A stretch of 64,000 nt of DNA, taken from an uncultured Planctomycetota bacterium. Lineage in GTDB: Bacteria > Planctomycetota > Planctomycetia > Isosphaerales > Isosphaeraceae. Positions 59,299 through 64,000 of this stretch are shown in pieces. The notes under the pieces are model-generated. The model was not told the origin of the DNA, made no database searches, and saw only the letters and a program-made list of their open reading frames with translations. The DNA is taken from positions 544,001 through 608,000 of the forward strand of contig CAWJTV010000011.1 of assembly GCA_963845755.1 (NCBI GenBank). Direction: 5' to 3'. Made by a program: the position numbers and the translations under genes. How positions within the stretch are numbered: position 1 is the stretch's first letter; each line of letters starts with the position of its first letter.

Positions 59299-59634
59299 AT
59301 GGCGGGCTTTGAGATCTGGTCCGAGATCACGACGGACGCTACAGGAGGCGACGGGGTGCGGCATTCCGCTTGGAGCGGTTGGGATTCCAACACCGCCCCA
59401 CCCGACTTCGTCATCAACAACAACACGGTTCGCGTCGAATGGCACGGACAAAACGGCTCCGAGAACAGCTACGACCTCGTGTATGACGATTATGTCGAGA
59501 TCGTCCCCGGGTCGGGCCTGAAGTTTCCGTCCACGATCAAGGTCCGGACTTACGCACGCAGCCCCAAGGGGAATGGCAGCGGCCGGGGCTGGTCGAAGAT
59601 CAAGGTCGTCGGCGATTACGTGAAGTATCGCTGA
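59299..59634 (+). CDS. Small beta-rich hypothetical protein
   Basis: Clean ORF with coding-like codon usage and GGAG upstream; no family recognised. Confidence 0.65.
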   Translation: MAGFEIWSEITTDATGGDGVRHSAWSGWDSNTAPPDFVINNNTVRVEWHGQNGSENSYDLVYDDYVEIVPGSGLKFPSTIKVRTYARSPKGNGSGRGWSKIKVVGDYVKYR

Positions 59635-59969
59635 CGACGCCAGCGCTGCGGCTGGCTCCCTCACCAATCATCACCCCGTGAGCCGAGCGAAGGGCCCTCG
59701 CAAAGTGATCGCTTTCATTCATCAAGCGGCTCCGACTCCCGATAGGGAGGCCGAAGTCTCCGAGGGCCACGTCCGTGCGATTTCCCGACGGATGGGGCTC
59801 CCCATGTTCTCCGATCCGGCCATTATGCCCGGCTGGCCATCGAGCCCCATCCGTGCGGCTTCCGCACGGGCGAGGACCTGTGTTGCCCGTGCGGCCGAGG
59901 TGCCGAACGGCGAAGGTTCGATCCGCGGTCGAAGACCGCATCAAGACGTGCACTCAGGAGGTACTGCCG

Positions 59970-62863
59970 ATGCTGAATCAAGTCAAAGGTCTGCGCCAAC
60001 GCGGACGCGGGCTGACGCCTTCTTGGAGAGGCAAACCGTTCCGGCCGACGCGATGGCGGCCCGTGCTGGAGCCACTGGAGGAGCACCTGCTCCTCAACGC
60101 TTCCAACCTGGTGGTCTCCGCGGCCGTAGCACCGACAACGCTCATTTCATCGCAGTCGGCCCACTTGAGGTGGGACGTGACCAACCGGGGGACCGAGGCG
60201 GCTAACGCGAGCTGGGTCGATCGCGTCTATCTGTTGACGGACGACGCGATCGACGGCGCCGACGCCCTCCTCGGCGGGTCGGTCGCCGCACCCTCGACGC
60301 TCGGGCCGGGCGAGAGCTACACCCAGGATCAGAGCATCACCGTGCCCGCCGCCGACTCGGGCAACTATTACCTGCTCTTCGCCACCAATTCCGACGGGGC
60401 CCAGGACGAGGCCACAACGGCCGACAACATCCGCGCCGTACCGATCACCCTGGTCGGGTCCTCGGGCAAGCTCCCCGACCTGGTCGTCACCGCCGCAACG
60501 GCGCCGACGTCGGCCGAGGTCGGCCCCATCGATGTCTCCTGGACCGTCAAGAACCAGGGAACGGGCAAGGCCTCCGGTTTCTGGGGGGACACGTTCTACC
60601 TGTCGAAAGACAACACCTACGACTCGTCCGATACCTCGATCACCACTTCATACCACGACGCATCTCTCGATCCCGGAACGAGTCAGTCCTTCGATGCGAC
60701 GCTCTATCTCCCGAGCGTAGCGGCCGGCAACTATTACCTGCTAATCGTCGCCGACGGTTCGCATTACGTGAGCGAGAGCGACGAGTCGAACAACGTCTTC
60801 GCCCTGCCGATCGCGCTCACGGTCCCGGACGTTCGACCTGGTCGTGACGGCGGCCGAAGCCCCCAGTACTTTCAAGTCCGGCTCGAACGTCGACGTCTCC
60901 TGGACGGTGACCAACCAGGGGATCGACTCGACGACGGCTCCTTACTGGTACGACTACGTCTATCTGTTGACCGACGACAAGTACGACGGCTTCGATCCTT
61001 ACGTGACTAACGAATACATTGGCAACACGACCCCGCTCGCGGCGGGCGAGAGTTACACGCGCAACCCGACCATCACGATCCCTGCGGTGACTCCCGGCAA
61101 TTACTACCTGCTGTTCCTCACCGACAACTCGCACAGCCAGGCCGAGGCCAACGAGAACAACAACGTGCGCTCCGTCGCCGTCACGGTGACGCCAGCCAAC
61201 CTCGATCTTGTGGTCACCGGCGCGACCGGGCCGGCCTCGTCGCCGCTCGGCGCGATCGACGTTTCCTGGACGGTCAAGAACCAGGGGACGGACCCGGCCG
61301 GAGGCTACTGGTCGGATTACGTCTACCTCTCCACGGACGACGCGCTCGACGGCTCCGATCTCTTCGCCGGGTCCAGTTTCGTCTCGGCGAGCCCGGTGAT
61401 CGACGGCGGGAGCAGCTATACCCGGACCCTCACCGTAAACCTGCCGAACGTGGCGGCCGGCAACTATCATCTGCTGTTCGTCGCCGACGGTTCGCACTCC
61501 CTGAGCGAGACCGACGAGAACAACAACACCTTCGCCCTGCCGATCACGCTTTCGGTCCCGGACGTTCGACCTGGTCGTGACGGCCGCCGGCGCCCCCAGC
61601 TCGGCCAGGTCCGGCTCCGGGGTCGCCGTCTCCTGGACGGTGACCAACCAGGGGAGCGATTCGACGACCGCACGGAACTGGTACGACACCGTCTACCTGT
61701 TGACCGATGATACGCTGGACTTCTTCGATGACTACGTGACCTCCGTGTACATCGACAACCCCACCCCGCTGGCGGCGGGCGCGAGCTACACCCACGATCA
61801 GACGATCGGCCTTCCCTCGGTGGCGGCAGGCAATTACTACTTGATCTTCGTCACCAATGAATCGAGCTATGACCAGCCCGAGACCAACCCGGACAACAAC
61901 GCCCGCGCCGTGCTCATCGCGCTCACCGCGGCGGAAGTCATCAGCCCAGTCGATCTGGAGGTCGAAAACACGACTGCCCCGGACTCGGGCTCGGCCGGCG
62001 AGTACATCGCCGTCACGTGGGTCGTCTCCAACGTGGGGACGGACTCGGCGAGCTCGAGCTGGCTCGACGCCGTCTACCTCTCGACCGACGACACCCTCGA
62101 CACGGCGGCCGACACGCCGCTGGCGTCGATCTCGATCGCTTCCCAAAGCCCGCTGCCCGACGGTGACGGATACATCGTGTCGATGGACGTCTTCTTGCCG
62201 GGATCGGTGGCACCGGGAGATTATTTCCTCCTGTTCACCGCGAATTCGAACGACACTCAGGATGAGGCGAGCCGGGCGAACAACGTCGGGACGCTCTCCT
62301 TCACGGTGGAGAACGTCTCGACGCTACCGGCGACCGTGTCGTCGTTCCTCGTCAACGACGGCGAGGCGCAGCGGTCGATGGTCACTCATCTGACGTTGAC
62401 ATTCAGCGGGGTCGTCACGATCGGGAGTGACGCGTTCGTGCTCACGCGCTCCGACGGGGCGACCTTGGGCGTGGTCGCTTCCTCGGAGGTGGTGAACGAC
62501 CAGACGGTGGTGACCCTGACCTTCACGGGGAGCGGGATCGTGGCCGGTTCGCTGGCCGACGGCAAGTACACGCTCACGATCCGGGGCGACCGGGTCCATG
62601 ACGCGGCGGGTCAGGCGCTCGACGGCGATGGCGACGGCGTGGCGGGCGGCGATTACGTGGCTCATCTCTTCCGTTTCTTCGGCGACGCCAATGGCGACGG
62701 GGTCGTGGACAACGTGGACTACTTCTCCCTCCGATCGACGATCGGCAAGAAGGCCGGCGACACCGGGTTCCTCTGGTTCCTGGACTCCACCGGCGACGGC
62801 ACCGTCAACCTCGCCACCGACTATTCCGCGTTCAGCAGCCGGTACCACAAGACGATCGCGTGA
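59970..62863 (+). CDS. Extracellular protein: LEPR-XLL-type N-terminus, six CARDB repeats and a C-terminal dockerin-like motif (frameshifts near 60833 and 61566)
   Basis: PVLEPLEEHLLL; repeats of DLVVT..VSWTV.NQG..W.D.VYLS.D..GNYYLL..E.NN; QRSMVT..FFGDANGDGVVDNVDY tail. Confidence 0.85.
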
Positions 62864-62961
62864 GGCGATCCCTCCCGCGAGCCGGGGACCGCCCGCAGAC
62901 AACGGCGCGGTCCCCTCTTCTCTCGTTCCGAACATCCGTTTTTCAACACCAGGAGATTCTG

Positions 62962-63672
62962 ATGAACTCAGTCAAGAGGATTTTTGCTCTGATTGTGGTC
63001 GGGGCCGGTGTGTCGTCCGCATCGGTCGCCGAGGCGGGATCGGTCTATCAGTTCGCCTTCGACCAGTTGACTTACGAGGTCGATCCCGGCACCCAGGTGC
63101 TGGTGAACGTCTTCTTGCAGGAACAGGTCAGCGCCGGGACCTCGTCGGTCCTGGCGACCGACGGTCTGATCGGAGCAGGCGTGCGGGTCTCCTTCGACCT
63201 GTCTCCGCTGCCGAGCGATCCGGCGAAGGTCCTCGGCGTGAGCGGCGTCCTGCCGAACGACGGCTCGGGCGGCTTCACGGGCGGCCTCTATCACCTCGGC
63301 GTCGCCTCGGGTTCCTATGCCGAGCTTTCGGAGACCGTCGGGCTTTCGAGCCCTCCCATCATGGGGACCGATCTGGGAGGCGGCCTGTTCGAGATCCTGA
63401 TCGGGACGTTCCGGTTCACGGCGGGTTCGATCGCCGGGCAGACCACGTTGATCCAGGCCGGCGACATCCCGGGGTTTTCCGAGATCGTCACGAACACTGG
63501 CGAAGTGTTGGATGCTTTGATCGCCCCAGGAACGGCCAGCATCCATGTCCGCGGAGAGGCCGTGCCCGAGCCCTCGAGCTGGATCGTGCTGGCGCTAGGT
63601 CTGATCGGTGTCGGCGGCTACGGCCTGACGCAGTATCCCCTGCGGACTTCATCGGGCCGCCCCATGCTGTAA
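62962..63672 (+). CDS. PEP-CTERM protein with a possible cohesin-like domain
   Basis: Signal peptide ending AEA, and a VPEPSSWIVLALGLIGVGG sorting motif with TM segment. Confidence 0.85.
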   Translation: MNSVKRIFALIVVGAGVSSASVAEAGSVYQFAFDQLTYEVDPGTQVLVNVFLQEQVSAGTSSVLATDGLIGAGVRVSFDLSPLPSDPAKVLGVSGVLPNDGSGGFTGGLYHLGVASGSYAELSETVGLSSPPIMGTDLGGGLFEILIGTFRFTAGSIAGQTTLIQAGDIPGFSEIVTNTGEVLDALIAPGTASIHVRGEAVPEPSSWIVLALGLIGVGGYGLTQYPLRTSSGRPML

Positions 63673-64000
63673 TCGCGGCCACGCCCGCCTATGGCTCGGC
63701 CCCCTGGGTCGAGCCGGACGATCATCGGAAAGCCGCGTCCGGTTGCGCAGGAATCGGCTCCGTACTCAGGGAAGGACGTTCGCACTGACGAGGCCATCCG
63801 ACGCGCCGTGCTCGGCGGCCGATCCACTGCGGGGTTGGGGCGGCATGCATTCCGCTTCAACCCCGCCGCGGGCCGCTCCCGATGAACACGGTGGATCAGG
63901 GTTACTTGTTGGGGTCGTCGTTCTCGAATCTTTTGAACGAATTCACTCTCGTGGAGATCGTATGATGATACCATCTTTCTCGGGCCGGTTCCTCTACCGG

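Overview
High-GC bacterial DNA whose gene content points to a Planctomycete (Isosphaeraceae/Singulisphaera-like): two ECF sigma/Ser-Thr kinase-WD40 pairs, a kinase-TPR protein, a PVC-type heme/dehydrogenase protein, a LEPR-XLL/CARDB surface protein, a PEP-CTERM protein and five Uma2-family genes. Single-base frameshifts are frequent even in carB, so most are probably uncorrected long-read errors. Core genes are carB and ugd; the rest is accessory. It includes VapBC, ParDE and DUF4160/DUF2442 toxin-antitoxin loci, a BlaI/M56 pair disrupted by an ISKra4-family IS, an IS630 fragment and several REP/MITE elements. Three observations stand out. (1) An NLR-like STAND protein carries a CHAT protease and a TIR domain in tandem, both with catalytic residues present, downstream of small toxin-like genes. 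(2) At three independent loci, a TA or Uma2 cassette sits between a gene's 3' end and an orphan second copy of that same 3' end, with no integrase nearby. (3) An ordered 11-copy array of a 14-bp motif follows the STAND gene. Family assignments come from motif recognition only; no database searches were run.
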